From NCBI RefSeq assembly GCF_044324875.1, contig NZ_CP172185.1: a stretch of 64,000 nt of DNA. One strand, given 5' to 3'. Of the stretch, positions 16,927 through 31,363 are shown piece by piece. Position 1 is the stretch's first letter; each line of letters begins with the position of its first letter. The notes under the pieces were generated by a model. The model ran no database searches. It was not told the DNA's origin and saw nothing but the letters and a program-made list of their open reading frames with translations. This stretch comes from Escherichia coli (GTDB taxonomy: Bacteria; Pseudomonadota; Gammaproteobacteria; Enterobacterales; Enterobacteriaceae). Made by a program: the position numbers and the translations under genes.

Positions 16927-17895
16927 TTGTTAAATTCATTTAAACTTTCGCTACAGTACATTCTGCCGAAACTATGGCTTACTCGCCTGGCGGGTTGGGG
17001 CGCAAGCAAGCGGGCAGGATGGCTGACAAAACTGGTTATCGATCTGTTCGTTAAATACTACAAGGTCGACATGAAAGAGGCGCAAAAGCCGGATACCGCC
17101 AGCTACCGCACCTTTAACGAATTCTTTGTCCGTCCGCTGCGTGACGAAGTACGCCCAATCGATACCGATCCGAATGTACTGGTTATGCCTGCCGATGGCG
17201 TTATCAGCCAGTTGGGTAAAATCGAAGAAGATAAAATCCTGCAAGCCAAAGGCCACAACTACAGCCTCGAAGCCCTGCTGGCAGGCAACTATCTGATGGC
17301 GGACCTGTTCCGCAACGGTACGTTTGTGACCACTTACCTCTCCCCGCGTGACTACCACCGCGTACACATGCCGTGCAACGGTATTCTGCGTGAGATGATC
17401 TACGTGCCAGGCGATCTCTTCTCCGTTAACCATCTCACCGCTCAGAACGTGCCGAATCTGTTTGCCCGTAACGAACGCGTGATCTGCCTGTTCGATACCG
17501 AATTTGGCCCGATGGCGCAGATTCTGGTCGGTGCGACGATTGTAGGCAGCATTGAGACGGTCTGGGCGGGCACCATTACGCCGCCGCGCGAAGGCATCAT
17601 CAAGCGCTGGACCTGGCCTGCCGGGGAAAACGACGGTTCTGTGGCACTGCTGAAAGGCCAGGAAATGGGTCGCTTTAAACTCGGTTCCACCGTTATCAAC
17701 CTGTTTGCACCGGGTAAAGTGAATCTGGTTGAGCAACTGGAAAGCCTGTCTGTTACGAAAATTGGCCAGCCGCTGGCAGTATCTACCGAAACCTTTGTTA
17801 CGCCAGACGCTGAACCCGCCCCGCTTTCTGCTGAAGAGATCGAAGCAGAACACGACGCCAGCCCATTGGTTGACGATAAAAAAGACCAGGTCTAA
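16927..17895 (+). CDS. psd: Phosphatidylserine decarboxylase proenzyme
   Basis: 322-aa [27 protein letters not shown]... with the LGST self-cleavage motif; apparent non-ATG (TTG) start. Confidence 0.93.
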   Translation: MLNSFKLSLQYILPKLWLTRLAGWGASKRAGWLTKLVIDLFVKYYKVDMKEAQKPDTASYRTFNEFFVRPLRDEVRPIDTDPNVLVMPADGVISQLGKIEEDKILQAKGHNYSLEALLAGNYLMADLFRNGTFVTTYLSPRDYHRVHMPCNGILREMIYVPGDLFSVNHLTAQNVPNLFARNERVICLFDTEFGPMAQILVGATIVGSIETVWAGTITPPREGIIKRWTWPAGENDGSVALLKGQEMGRFKLGSTVINLFAPGKVNLVEQLESLSVTKIGQPLAVSTETFVTPDAEPAPLSAEEIEAEHDASPLVDDKKDQV

Positions 17896-17916
17896 TCCAT
17901 CAAAGGAAACGCTGAC

Positions 17917-20900
17917 GTGCGCCTGATTATCACTTTTCTGATGGCCTGGTGCCTCAGTTGGGGGGCGTACGCCGCGACGGCCCCCGATAGCAAACAAATC
18001 TCACAAGAACTGGAGCAGGCAAAAGCGGCGAAACCCGCGCAACCGGAAGTCGTAGAGGCGCTCCAGTCTGCCTTAAATGCGCTTGAGGAACGGAAAGGTT
18101 CCCTTGAGCGCATCAAGCAATATCAAGAAGTCATTGATAATTATCCGAAACTCTCCGCTACTCTGCGCGCGCAATTAAACAACATGCGTGACGAGCCGCG
18201 CAGCGTGTCACCGGGAATGTCTACCGACGCGCTGAATCAGGAAATTCTCCAGGTCAGCAGCCAGTTGCTGGATAAAAGCCGTCAGGCCCAGCAAGAGCAG
18301 GAACGCGCCCGCGAGATTGCCGATTCGCTGAATCAACTGCCGCAACAGCAAACCGATGCCCGCCGTCAGTTAAATGAAATCGAGCGCCGCCTGGGGACGC
18401 TTACCGGCAATTCCCCGCTCAATCAGGCACAAAATTTCGCGTTGCAGTCTGACTCCGCACGCCTGAAAGCGCTCGTCGATGAACTGGAACTGGCGCAGCT
18501 GTCCGCCAATAACCGCCAGGAATTAGCGCGCTTACGCTCAGAGCTGGCGGAAAAAGAGAGCCAGCAACTGGATGCGTATTTGCAGGCCTTACGTAATCAG
18601 TTGAACAGCCAACGTCAGCTTGAGGCGGAGCGGGCGCTGGAAAGTACCGAATTGCTGGCAGAAAACAGCGCCGATTTGCCGAAAGACATCGTCGCGCAAT
18701 TCAAAATTAACCGCGAACTATCAGCGGCGCTGAATCAACAGGCGCAGCGGATGGATCTCGTTGCCTCGCAACAGCGTCAGGCTGCCAGCCAGACGTTACA
18801 GGTCCGGCAAGCGTTGAATACGCTGCGTGAACAGTCGCAATGGCTGGGATCGTCCAATCTGCTCGGCGAAGCGTTGCGGGCGCAGGTGGCACGGCTGCCG
18901 GAAATGCCAAAACCACAACAGCTTGATACCGAAATGGCGCAGTTGCGTGTGCAACGGTTACGTTATGAGGATCTGCTTAATAAACAGCCGCAGCTACGGC
19001 AAATCCATCAGGCCGACGGTCAGCCGCTGACCGCCGAGCAAAACCGTATTCTGGAAGCACAGCTACGCACTCAGCGTGAGTTGCTGAACTCATTGTTGCA
19101 GGGTGGAGACACGCTACTACTGGAACTGACCAAGCTGAAAGTCTCCAACGGGCAACTGGAGGATGCGCTGAAAGAGGTGAATGAAGCGACGCACCGCTAT
19201 CTGTTCTGGACCTCTGACGTGCGCCCGATGACCATCGCCTGGCCGCTGGAAATCGCCCAGGATCTGCGTCGTCTCATTTCGCTGGACACCTTCAGTCAGT
19301 TGGGCAAAGCCAGTGTGATGATGCTGACCAGTAAAGAGACAATTTTACCGCTGTTTGGCGCGTTGATTCTGGTCGGTTGCAGTATTTACTCACGCCGCTA
19401 TTTCACCCGTTTTCTTGAACGTTCGGCGGCGAAAGTCGGCAAAGTGACTCAGGATCACTTCTGGCTGACGTTACGCACTCTTTTCTGGTCGATTCTCGTC
19501 GCGTCACCGCTACCGGTGCTGTGGATGACGCTGGGTTACGGCTTGCGCGAGGCGTGGCCTTATCCGCTGGCGGTCGCGATTGGTGATGGCGTAACGGCCA
19601 CCGTGCCGCTGCTGTGGGTAGTGATGATTTGCGCCACCTTTGCCCGCCCGAACGGCTTGTTTATCGCTCATTTTGGCTGGCCGCGCGAACGGGTTTCCCG
19701 TGGGATGCGCTACTACCTGATGAGCATCGGGCTTATTGTGCCGCTGATTATGGCGCTGATGATGTTCGATAACCTCGACGACCGTGAATTCTCCGGTTCG
19801 CTGGGACGGCTTTGCTTTATCCTCATTTGCGGTGCGCTGGCGGTGGTCACTCTCAGTCTGAAAAAGGCCGGGATCCCGCTGTATCTCAACAAAGAAGGCA
19901 GCGGTGACAACATTACCAACCATATGCTGTGGAACATGATGATTGGCGCACCGCTGGTTGCCATTCTGGCGTCGGCGGTGGGTTATCTGGCAACGGCGCA
20001 GGCGCTGTTAGCGAGGCTTGAAACCTCGGTTGCCATCTGGTTTTTGCTACTGGTGGTTTATCACGTTATCCGCCGCTGGATGCTGATCCAACGCCGCAGG
20101 CTGGCGTTTGACCGGGCGAAGCATCGCCGGGCAGAGATGTTAGCGCAACGTGCGCGTGGCGAAGAGGAAGCACATCATCACAGTAGCCCGGAAGGGGCAA
20201 TTGAAGTCGATGAAAGCGAAGTCGATCTCGATGCCATCAGTGCGCAGTCCTTGCGGCTGGTGCGCTCAATTTTGATGTTGATCGCCCTGCTTTCGGTCAT
20301 TGTGCTGTGGTCAGAAATCCATTCCGCTTTCGGCTTCCTCGAAAATATTTCGCTGTGGGATGTCACCTCCACGGTACAGGGCGTAGAAAGTCTGGAGCCG
20401 ATTACCCTCGGTGCGGTGCTGATTGCCATTCTGGTGTTTATCATCACCACGCAGCTGGTGCGCAACCTGCCCGCGCTGCTGGAACTGGCGATTTTGCAGC
20501 ACCTGGATTTAACGCCGGGTACAGGTTACGCCATCACCACCATCACCAAATATCTGCTGATGCTGATTGGCGGGCTGGTCGGCTTCTCAATGATTGGTAT
20601 TGAGTGGTCGAAATTGCAGTGGCTGGTCGCCGCGCTCGGTGTTGGTCTCGGTTTTGGTTTGCAGGAAATTTTCGCCAACTTTATCTCTGGCCTGATCATC
20701 CTGTTCGAAAAACCGATTCGCATTGGCGATACGGTAACGATCCGCGATCTTACTGGTAGCGTGACGAAAATTAACACCCGCGCCACCACCATCAGCGACT
20801 GGGACCGTAAAGAGATAATCGTGCCGAACAAGGCGTTTATTACCGAGCAGTTTATCAACTGGTCGCTCTCTGACTCGGTCACGCGCGTGGTGTTGACGAT

Positions 20901-21240
20901 TCCGGCCCCTGCCGATGCCAACAGTGAAGAAGTGACGGAAATCCTGCTCACCGCAGCGCGTCGCTGCTCGCTGGTGATCGACAACCCGGCACCGGAAGTC
21001 TTCCTGGTGGATCTGCAACAGGGGATTCAGATTTTCGAGCTGCGTATTTACGCCGCTGAGATGGGTCACCGTATGCCGCTACGCCATGAGATCCACCAGC
21101 TAATTCTGGCAGGCTTCCATGCCCACGGTATCGATATGCCATTCCCGCCCTTCCAGATGCGTCTGGAAAGCCTGAATGGTAAACAAACGGGGAGAACATT
21201 AACTTCTGCGGGCAAAGGTCGTCAGGCGGGAAGTTTGTAA
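17917..21240 (+). CDS. mscM: Miniconductance mechanosensitive channel MscM
   Basis: 1107-aa ORF: signal peptide, long coiled-coil periplasmic region, multiple TM helices and C-terminal MscS-like domain; GTG start. Confidence 0.93.
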   Translation: MRLIITFLMAWCLSWGAYAATAPDSKQISQELEQAKAAKPAQPEVVEALQSALNALEERKGSLERIKQYQEVIDNYPKLSATLRAQLNNMRDEPRSVSPGMSTDALNQEILQVSSQLLDKSRQAQQEQERAREIADSLNQLPQQQTDARRQLNEIERRLGTLTGNSPLNQAQNFALQSDSARLKALVDELELAQLSANNRQELARLRSELAEKESQQLDAYLQALRNQLNSQRQLEAERALESTELLAENSADLPKDIVAQFKINRELSAALNQQAQRMDLVASQQRQAASQTLQVRQALNTLREQSQWLGSSNLLGEALRAQVARLPEMPKPQQLDTEMAQLRVQRLRYEDLLNKQPQLRQIHQADGQPLTAEQNRILEAQLRTQRELLNSLLQGGDTLLLELTKLKVSNGQLEDALKEVNEATHRYLFWTSDVRPMTIAWPLEIAQDLRRLISLDTFSQLGKASVMMLTSKETILPLFGALILVGCSIYSRRYFTRFLERSAAKVGKVTQDHFWLTLRTLFWSILVASPLPVLWMTLGYGLREAWPYPLAVAIGDGVTATVPLLWVVMICATFARPNGLFIAHFGWPRERVSRGMRYYLMSIGLIVPLIMALMMFDNLDDREFSGSLGRLCFILICGALAVVTLSLKKAGIPLYLNKEGSGDNITNHMLWNMMIGAPLVAILASAVGYLATAQALLARLETSVAIWFLLLVVYHVIRRWMLIQRRRLAFDRAKHRRAEMLAQRARGEEEAHHHSSPEGAIEVDESEVDLDAISAQSLRLVRSILMLIALLSVIVLWSEIHSAFGFLENISLWDVTSTVQGVESLEPITLGAVLIAILVFIITTQLVRNLPALLELAILQHLDLTPGTGYAITTITKYLLMLIGGLVGFSMIGIEWSKLQWLVAALGVGLGFGLQEIFANFISGLIILFEKPIRIGDTVTIRDLTGSVTKINTRATTISDWDRKEIIVPNKAFITEQFINWSLSDSVTRVVLTIPAPADANSEEVTEILLTAARRCSLVIDNPAPEVFLVDLQQGIQIFELRIYAAEMGHRMPLRHEIHQLILAGFHAHGIDMPFPPFQMRLESLNGKQTGRTLTSAGKGRQAGSL

Positions 21241-21268
21241 GGTTTTGTGCCGGATGAACCCATCCGGC

Positions 21269-21583
21269 TCACAAACAAAACTGATAGCGCAGAAAAAACT
21301 GCCACAGCCAGTAGCCGAAAATAGCCAGCGCGGTGGCGTACATAAACCAGCCGCGTTTTTTTCGCCACAAAGCGAACCAGAGAAAAGGGAAAAAGAGCGG
21401 TAACGTCATTATCACACCGACATCGCGAGTATCGTCATCTTCGAGATACATCAAAACATCACAGACGTTGTTAATCCCGCGTCCATCAATCATCCACTCT
21501 TTGTCCAGCGCGGAGGTAATGGTTATCCAGAGGAACGCCACAATGAACCAGATGCAGCACAAGACAAACATGCGCGCACTCAT
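21269..21583 (-). CDS. yjeO: Inner-membrane protein YjeO
   Basis: 104-aa hydrophobic ORF; synteny between mscM and yjeM. Confidence 0.75.
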   Translation of the reverse strand: MSARMFVLCCIWFIVAFLWITITSALDKEWMIDGRGINNVCDVLMYLEDDDTRDVGVIMTLPLFFPFLWFALWRKKRGWFMYATALAIFGYWLWQFFLRYQFCL

Positions 21584-21680
21584 GAGATAACCCGTAGTTT
21601 AATTTCGCTATAGCACATACGAAATCCCACTAATTCCCTGTCATTGCGCCCTATCGTCAGACAGACGATAGGGCATCGGG

Positions 21681-23183
21681 TTATTCCACCACCCACTGCG
21701 GATTTTTTGCCACTCTGCTGCAATAGTTCTGGTAAATCGCCATCGCTAACAGCGAGAAGAAGACAGGGCCGCCAATCATCCACAATGTGCTGTCCCAGTC
21801 TCCGGCTTCAACCACAGGTTGAATGATGGTGAAGACGTTCGCAAATGTCACAACCAGTACGACAACCACCGTCGCAATCATTGCCGACATACGCGTTTTG
21901 AAAATCACAAACGGTCTGTCGAGATCCTGACGTGCTTTAAAGAATGGGAAAGCCAGCGCGAGGAACAAGTAAGGAAGCGTCATAGACACGTTCGCCATCA
22001 GAGTCAGTTTGTTAAAGAACGCCGATGCGGTGCCACCGCCAAACGAAACCAGAAGAATGAAGATAGTAACCAACCCGCACTGCATCCACATGGCGATAGA
22101 AGGCATACCCATCGTATTCAGGCGCGTCATCGGTTCCGGCCACAACGCTTTCGGCGTTCCCTGGATGATGGCTTTCAGCGGTGAATAGCAAAGCGTAAAG
22201 AACGCACCGGTATAAGCGAGGAACATCGAAAGCCCGGTAATACGCGCAAACCATACGCCCAGCGACAATGACGCTTCTGGTGACAAATGCAGTGCGTTAC
22301 CCAGCGTCACCCCGAGGCTCTTCATCAGCACATAGGTAATATTGCCGAGGTTAACGGAACCATTACTTAATACCTGCTGCCAGTTTGTGCTGACGCCCCA
22401 TAAAAATATTGCCAGCGAATAACCGATTGAAATAACAATAGCGGCAAAAACAATACCTTTGGCAAAGTTCTTTTCTGGATTTTCCGTTTTATCGACCAGA
22501 CCACCAACCGCTTCAATTCCGCCATAGGCAAAAATAGCAAATACCACAAACGATAGCATTGCCAGACCGGACTGATAACCTGGATTCGGTGATGCAAGGA
22601 AATTAATATCCTGCGCGAAATGCCCACCATTTAATAACAAAATAGTAATGCTTACTAACAGCAATACTAAATTCAGACACATTACTGCAATACCGCCCAC
22701 CGCAGTAATGCGGGCAATTTTATTAATCCCTTTTGAAGCAACGACGGTGACCAGAATCATCCATGCCACTGCCAGCAGACCAACCACCTGCGTAGGCTCC
22801 AGTCCGGCAATATGCCAGTGCTGGGTCATGTCGCTACCATAGAGGAATGTTGAGAACGGTACCCAAACTTTCGCGGAGGTACTCACCATCCAGATGATAT
22901 AAGAGGAAAACCACATAAACGTACCAATGAAGGCAAAACGTGGTCCGACACTATTATTCATCCAGGAATAGATACCGCCTTCTTCTTTGCGATAAGCAGC
23001 TCCCATTTCAGCCATCATTAAGGCGAATGGAATAAAGAATAACAATGCAGAAAATATATAAAAGGGAATCGCACTATAACCCATTAAGTAATAAGCCGAT
23101 GGGCTATTGGCAAATCCAAATACGGAAGTAAAGATCATCAATATGAGTCCTATCAGACTCATCTTTTTTATCGTGTGAGGCAT
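21681..23183 (-). CDS. yjeM: APC-superfamily inner-membrane transporter YjeM
   Basis: 500-aa polytopic membrane protein from MPHTIKKMSLIGLILMIF...; start at ATG 23183. Confidence 0.88.
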   Translation of the reverse strand: MPHTIKKMSLIGLILMIFTSVFGFANSPSAYYLMGYSAIPFYIFSALLFFIPFALMMAEMGAAYRKEEGGIYSWMNNSVGPRFAFIGTFMWFSSYIIWMVSTSAKVWVPFSTFLYGSDMTQHWHIAGLEPTQVVGLLAVAWMILVTVVASKGINKIARITAVGGIAVMCLNLVLLLVSITILLLNGGHFAQDINFLASPNPGYQSGLAMLSFVVFAIFAYGGIEAVGGLVDKTENPEKNFAKGIVFAAIVISIGYSLAIFLWGVSTNWQQVLSNGSVNLGNITYVLMKSLGVTLGNALHLSPEASLSLGVWFARITGLSMFLAYTGAFFTLCYSPLKAIIQGTPKALWPEPMTRLNTMGMPSIAMWMQCGLVTIFILLVSFGGGTASAFFNKLTLMANVSMTLPYLFLALAFPFFKARQDLDRPFVIFKTRMSAMIATVVVVLVVTFANVFTIIQPVVEAGDWDSTLWMIGGPVFFSLLAMAIYQNYCSRVAKNPQWVVE

Positions 23184-23401
23184 GAAACCATCCTTCATTT
23201 CAGCGCGTGTATAAAACGCGCCCACTGAACTGCACTGCCCAACATTGAGCGGGCAGCGTAAAAACCAATACAGAATTGATACCTGGATGATATCAAATAT
23301 CCAGTCTTAAATTGTGGCCTTTGGCGGAAAAATGAAAACATATGCTACAGAATGGCGCTTATCACGCCATTCTTCGCGGTTAATTCAGTAATTTTTCAGA
23401 A

Positions 23402-24379
23402 TTATGCCCGGTCAACGCTAAAGGCGATGACTTCAGCCAGTGTCTCCGCGCCCAGCGCCAACATCACCAGACGATCAACACCTAATGCCACGCCGGAACA
23501 GTCAGGCATACCGACTTTCAAGGCTTCAATCAGATTCTGGTCAATGGGGTGCTGCGGCAAACCGCGCGCCGCGCGCTTACGGTTATCTTGTTCAAAGCGT
23601 TGTTGCTGCTCACGGGCATCCGTCAATTCATGGAAACCATTCGCCAGCTCAATACCTTTATAATAAACCTCAAAGCGTTCAGCGACCCGATGATCTTCGG
23701 TACTGATTTGCGCCAGTGATGCCTGGCTGGCTGGAAAGTGATACACAAAGGTCGGTTTTTCTTTGCCAATATTTGGCTCTACGCCAAAGGTAAACAGCAA
23801 TTGTAGCAACGTGTCGCGGTCTTCTTCGGTATCAGCAACGTTGCTTAAATCCAGTTTCGCTGCCACTTCCCGCAGTTGCGTTTTGTCGGCAGAGAGCGGG
23901 TCAATTTCCAGATAACGCAAGAAAGCTTGTTGATAAGAAAGGCTTTCTGCTGCCGGGCAGTCCAGCACTTGTTGTAAGAGATCGTCCACCTCGTTCATCA
24001 ACCGGTACATATCATAGTGCGGTCGATACCACTCAAGCATAGTGAACTCAGGGTTGTGATAACGCCCCATCTCTTCATTACGGAAGCTGCGGCACAGCTG
24101 GAATACCGGCCCACAACCGGCAACCAGCAGGCGCTTCATATGGTATTCCGGGCTGGTCATTAACCAGAGATTCATCCCCTGCGAATGCCCGGGGCCAACG
24201 AAACGTGTCTCAAACGGGACCAAATGAATATCGGTTACCGTCGCCTGGCTCATACAAGGCGTCTCCACCTCCAGCACTCCACGATCGGCAAAGAAACGAC
24301 GGATCTCCGCCATAATCGCCGCGCGTTTTAATAAGTTAGGAATGGATGCGCTCGGCTGCCAGGATGCCGTTTCGCTCAT
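23402..24379 (-). CDS. epmA: EF-P lysine-lysyltransferase EpmA
   Basis: 325-aa class-II aaRS-like catalytic domain starting [41 protein letters not shown]... Confidence 0.93.
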   Translation of the reverse strand: MSETASWQPSASIPNLLKRAAIMAEIRRFFADRGVLEVETPCMSQATVTDIHLVPFETRFVGPGHSQGMNLWLMTSPEYHMKRLLVAGCGPVFQLCRSFRNEEMGRYHNPEFTMLEWYRPHYDMYRLMNEVDDLLQQVLDCPAAESLSYQQAFLRYLEIDPLSADKTQLREVAAKLDLSNVADTEEDRDTLLQLLFTFGVEPNIGKEKPTFVYHFPASQASLAQISTEDHRVAERFEVYYKGIELANGFHELTDAREQQQRFEQDNRKRAARGLPQHPIDQNLIEALKVGMPDCSGVALGVDRLVMLALGAETLAEVIAFSVDRA

Positions 24380-24557
24380 AGTTAAATCTCCAGTTTTTGA
24401 CAAGGGCACGAAGTCTACTCGCAACGCGACGGCGAGACAAATTTTACGCAGGAATCAAACAAGGGTGGGCTGTGACTAAAAAAAGCACGATCTGATGGTT
24501 TAGTAATTAAATTAATCATCTTCAGTGATAATTTAGCCCTCTTGCGCACTAAAAAAA

Positions 24558-24571
24558 TCGATCTCGTCAAA
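24558..24571 (+). promoter_or_regulatory. Putative FNR site of the frdABCD promoter
   Basis: TCGAT-CTCG-TCAAA dyad about 40 bp upstream of a TATACT-like -10 (24593-24598); frd is a classical FNR-activated operon. Confidence 0.5.
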
Positions 24572-24703
24572 TTTCAGACTTATCCATCAGACTATACTGT
24601 TGTACCTATAAAGGAGCAGTGGAATAGCGTTCGCAGACCGTAACTTTCAGGCACTTACCCTGAAGTACGGGGCTGTGGGATAAAAACAATCTGGAGGAAT
24701 GTC

Positions 24704-26504
24704 GTGCAAACCTTTCAAGCCGATCTTGCCATTGTAGGCGCCGGTGGCGCGGGATTACGTGCTGCAATTGCTGCCGCGCAGGCAAATCCAAATGCAAAAA
24801 TCGCACTAATCTCAAAAGTATACCCGATGCGTAGCCATACCGTTGCTGCAGAAGGGGGCTCCGCCGCTGTCGCGCAGGATCATGACAGCTTCGAATATCA
24901 CTTTCACGATACAGTAGCGGGTGGCGACTGGTTGTGTGAGCAGGATGTCGTGGATTATTTCGTCCACCACTGCCCAACCGAAATGACCCAACTGGAACTG
25001 TGGGGGTGCCCATGGAGCCGTCGCCCGGATGGTAGCGTCAACGTACGTCGCTTCGGCGGCATGAAAATCGAGCGTACCTGGTTCGCCGCCGATAAGACCG
25101 GCTTCCATATGCTGCACACGCTGTTCCAGACCTCTCTGCAATTCCCGCAGATCCAGCGTTTTGACGAACATTTCGTGCTGGATATTCTGGTTGATGATGG
25201 TCATGTTCGCGGCCTGGTAGCAATGAACATGATGGAAGGCACGCTGGTGCAGATCCGTGCTAACGCGGTCGTTATGGCTACCGGCGGTGCGGGTCGCGTT
25301 TATCGTTACAACACCAACGGCGGCATCGTTACCGGTGACGGTATGGGTATGGCGCTAAGCCACGGCGTTCCGCTGCGTGACATGGAATTCGTTCAGTATC
25401 ACCCAACCGGTCTGCCAGGTTCCGGTATCCTGATGACCGAAGGCTGCCGCGGTGAAGGCGGTATTCTGGTCAACAAAAATGGCTACCGTTATCTGCAAGA
25501 TTACGGCATGGGCCCGGAAACTCCGCTGGGCGAGCCGAAAAACAAATATATGGAACTGGGTCCACGCGACAAAGTTTCTCAGGCCTTCTGGCACGAATGG
25601 CGTAAAGGCAACACCATCTCCACGCCGCGTGGCGATGTGGTTTATCTCGACCTGCGTCACCTCGGCGAGAAAAAACTGCATGAACGTCTGCCGTTCATCT
25701 GCGAACTGGCGAAAGCGTACGTTGGCGTCGATCCGGTTAAAGAACCGATTCCGGTACGTCCGACCGCACACTACACCATGGGCGGTATCGAAACCGATCA
25801 GAACTGTGAAACCCGCATTAAAGGTCTGTTCGCCGTGGGTGAATGTTCCTCTGTTGGTCTACACGGTGCAAACCGTCTGGGCTCCAACTCCCTGGCGGAA
25901 CTGGTGGTCTTCGGCCGTCTGGCCGGTGAACAAGCGACAGAGCGTGCAGCAACTGCCGGTAATGGCAACGAAGCGGCAATTGAAGCGCAGGCAGCTGGCG
26001 TTGAACAACGTCTGAAAGATCTGGTTAACCAGGATGGCGGCGAAAACTGGGCGAAGATCCGCGACGAAATGGGCCTGGCTATGGAAGAAGGTTGCGGTAT
26101 CTACCGTACGCCGGAACTGATGCAGAAAACCATCGACAAGCTGGCAGAGCTGCAGGAACGCTTCAAGCGCGTGCGCATCACTGACACTTCCAGCGTGTTC
26201 AACACCGACCTGCTCTACACCATTGAACTGGGCCACGGTCTGAACGTTGCTGAATGTATGGCGCACTCCGCAATGGCACGTAAAGAGTCCCGCGGCGCAC
26301 ACCAGCGTCTGGACGAAGGTTGCACCGAGCGTGACGACGTCAACTTCCTCAAACACACCCTCGCCTTCCGCGATGCTGATGGCACGACTCGCCTGGAGTA
26401 CAGCGACGTGAAAATTACTACGCTGCCGCCAGCTAAACGTGTTTACGGTGGCGAAGCGGATGCAGCCGATAAGGCGGAAGCAGCCAATAAGAAGGAGAAG
26501 GCGA

Positions 26505-26512
<8 letters not shown>
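24704..26512 (+). CDS. frdA: Fumarate reductase flavoprotein subunit
   Basis: 602-aa ORF, GTG start, FAD motif [15 protein letters not shown] and covalent-FAD His region. Confidence 0.97.
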
Positions 26513-27645
<1,133 letters not shown>

Positions 27646-27655
27646 GGAGCCTGAG

Positions 27656-29211
<1,556 letters not shown>

Positions 29212-29299
29212 AATTTCATCGGGTCCGAATTTTTGGACCTTTTCTCCGCTTTTCCTTGCTGTCATCTACACTTAGAAAAAAACCAGTAAGGAAACATTT

Positions 29300-29833
29300 A
29301 TGCGCCTGCTCCCTCTCGTTGCCGCAGCGACAGCTGCATTTCTGGTCGTTGCCTGCAGTTCTCCTACGCCGCCCCGTGGCGTGACAGTAGTGAATAATTT
29401 CGATGCTAAACGCTATCTCGGTACCTGGTATGAGATTGCCCGTTTTGATCACCGCTTTGAACGTGGACTGGAAAAAGTCACCGCAACATACAGCCTGCGG
29501 GATGACGGCGGCCTGAATGTCATTAATAAAGGCTATAACCCTGACAGAGAAATGTGGCAGCAGAGTGAAGGGAAAGCGTACTTTACCGGCGCACCAACTC
29601 GCGCTGCGCTGAAAGTGTCATTCTTTGGTCCTTTCTATGGCGGTTATAACGTTATTGCACTCGATCGGGAATACCGCCATGCGCTGGTTTGCGGCCCGGA
29701 CCGCGACTACCTGTGGATACTCTCCCGCACGCCAACCATTTCTGACGAAGTGAAACAGGAGATGCTGGCAGTCGCGACCCGGGAAGGGTTTGATGTCAGT
29801 AAGTTTATTTGGGTACAGCAGCCCGGTAGTTAG
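29300..29833 (+). CDS. blc: Outer-membrane lipocalin Blc
   Basis: 177-aa ORF with lipobox (LVVACSS) and lipocalin motifs GTWYEIAR. Confidence 0.93.
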   Translation: MRLLPLVAAATAAFLVVACSSPTPPRGVTVVNNFDAKRYLGTWYEIARFDHRFERGLEKVTATYSLRDDGGLNVINKGYNPDREMWQQSEGKAYFTGAPTRAALKVSFFGPFYGGYNVIALDREYRHALVCGPDRDYLWILSRTPTISDEVKQEMLAVATREGFDVSKFIWVQQPGS

Positions 29834-30147
29834 TGAGTGCTGAGTTTCAGACCAATAATCCCCAATACGATTAACGCCAGACTCGCCAGGCGCATCGGGT
29901 TAGCGGACTCGCCGAGCAGCACAATGCCGGTGATGGCCGCGCCGACTGCGCCAATACCCGTCCACACGGCATAAGCCGTCCCTACTGGTAACGATTTCAT
30001 CGCCCAGGCAAGTAGCGCCATACTGACAATCATCGCCGTCACAGTAATAACACTTGGCGTCAAACGACTAAAGCCGTGGGTATATTTCAGGCCAACGGCC
30101 CATACCACTTCCAGCAGACCAGCAATAACTAAGATAATCCAGGACAT
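29830..30147 (-). CDS. gdx: SMR-family guanidinium exporter Gdx (SugE)
   Basis: 105-aa reading [26 protein letters not shown]...; start at ATG 30147. Confidence 0.92.
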   Translation of the reverse strand: MSWIILVIAGLLEVVWAVGLKYTHGFSRLTPSVITVTAMIVSMALLAWAMKSLPVGTAYAVWTGIGAVGAAITGIVLLGESANPMRLASLALIVLGIIGLKLSTH

Positions 30148-30321
30148 ATCAGGCTCCGGAGAATTGGGGCCGTCCCCGGTGAAAAGAGGCGTTTGCAGGT
30201 CGTCCTGCAAAGCTGATGGTTGAACGGATATTTTGCCAGGTGGCAGGGGAATTTCAACTATTACCTTTGTGACTATCGCAAAAAAACAAACGGCACGACA
30301 TAACTGTCGTACCGTTATTGC

Positions 30322-30468
30322 TTACTGCTGCGCTTTCGTTGCTGCGCCAGAAATCGCGTTACCGCCATCAGAAATGTCTTCACCAACGCCACGCGTGGTG
30401 TTGCAGGCAGTTAATACTGTTGAAAGCACCAGAACAGAAAAGATCGCTGCAATTGTCTTCTTCACCAT
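30322..30468 (-). CDS. ecnB: Entericidin B lipoprotein
   Basis: 48-aa [51 protein letters not shown]; absent from the supplied ORF track because it is short. Confidence 0.9.
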
Positions 30469-30578
30469 AACGTCTTCCTTTTAGGTAATGTTATTTATGT
30501 TTGCCTATAGCAAATTAATAATAGACAACATCACCAAAAATGATGGAAATCTGATGATTTTTCGGAAGAGAAGAAAAA

Positions 30579-30704
30579 TTAGCTGGCAGCGCGGGAGATG
30601 GAATTACCGAGATGTTTAATGTCTTCACCGAAACCGCGAGCGGTGTTACAGCCCGTGAGCAGCGCACTGGCAAGCAAAACAAGAACGATAAGGCGTTTCA
30701 TCAT
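30579..30704 (-). CDS. ecnA: Entericidin A lipoprotein
   Basis: 41-aa ORF MMKRLIVLVLLASALLTGCNTARGFGEDIKHLGNSISRAAS; paralogue of ecnB in tandem. Confidence 0.9.
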   Translation of the reverse strand: MMKRLIVLVLLASALLTGCNTARGFGEDIKHLGNSISRAAS

Positions 30705-30755
30705 CTCTGGCCTGAATAAGTGATGGTGCAGCCTGCAGGCCGCACCACAACCGCA

Positions 30756-31322
30756 TTACTTCACGCGAGAGACGTATTCACCAGAGCGGGTATCCACTTT
30801 GATGACTTCGCCGATCTGCACGAACAGCGGAACTTTAACCACAGCGCCAGTAGACAGGGTAGCTGGTTTGCCGCCAGTACCTGCGGTATCACCTTTCAGG
30901 CCCGGATCGGTATCAACGATTTCCAGTTCAACGAAGTTCGGCGGAGTAACGGAGATCGGCTGACCATTCCACAGAGTTACGATACACTCTGCCTGATCAA
31001 GCAGCCATTTCGCGTTGTCGCCAATTGCTTTTGCGTCAGCAGACAGCTGCTCGAAAGTTTCGTTGTTCATGAAGTGCCAGAACTCACCGTCGTTGTACAG
31101 GTAAGTCAGGTTCATATCGACAACATCAGCGCCTTCAGCGGAATCAGTAGATTTGAAGGTTTTTTCTACGCGAGTACCGGTCAGCAGACGACGCAGTTTA
31201 ACGCGAGCAAATGCCTGGCCTTTACCCGGTTTTACGAATTCACTCGCTTCAACCGCGTAAGGTTCGCCGTCTAACATGATTTTAAGACCAGCACGAAAAT
31301 CGTTGCTATAGTACGTTGCCAT
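30756..31322 (-). CDS. efp: Elongation factor P
   Basis: 188-aa [52 protein letters not shown]... Confidence 0.97.
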
Positions 31323-31363
31323 AAGGCCCTCTGAAATTTGTTAATTGGTAGCTAAGCCACAAA

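Noticed and set aside
16972-17997. 341-aa minus-strand ORF
   Set aside because: Antisense to psd; typical shadow ORF of a highly expressed gene.
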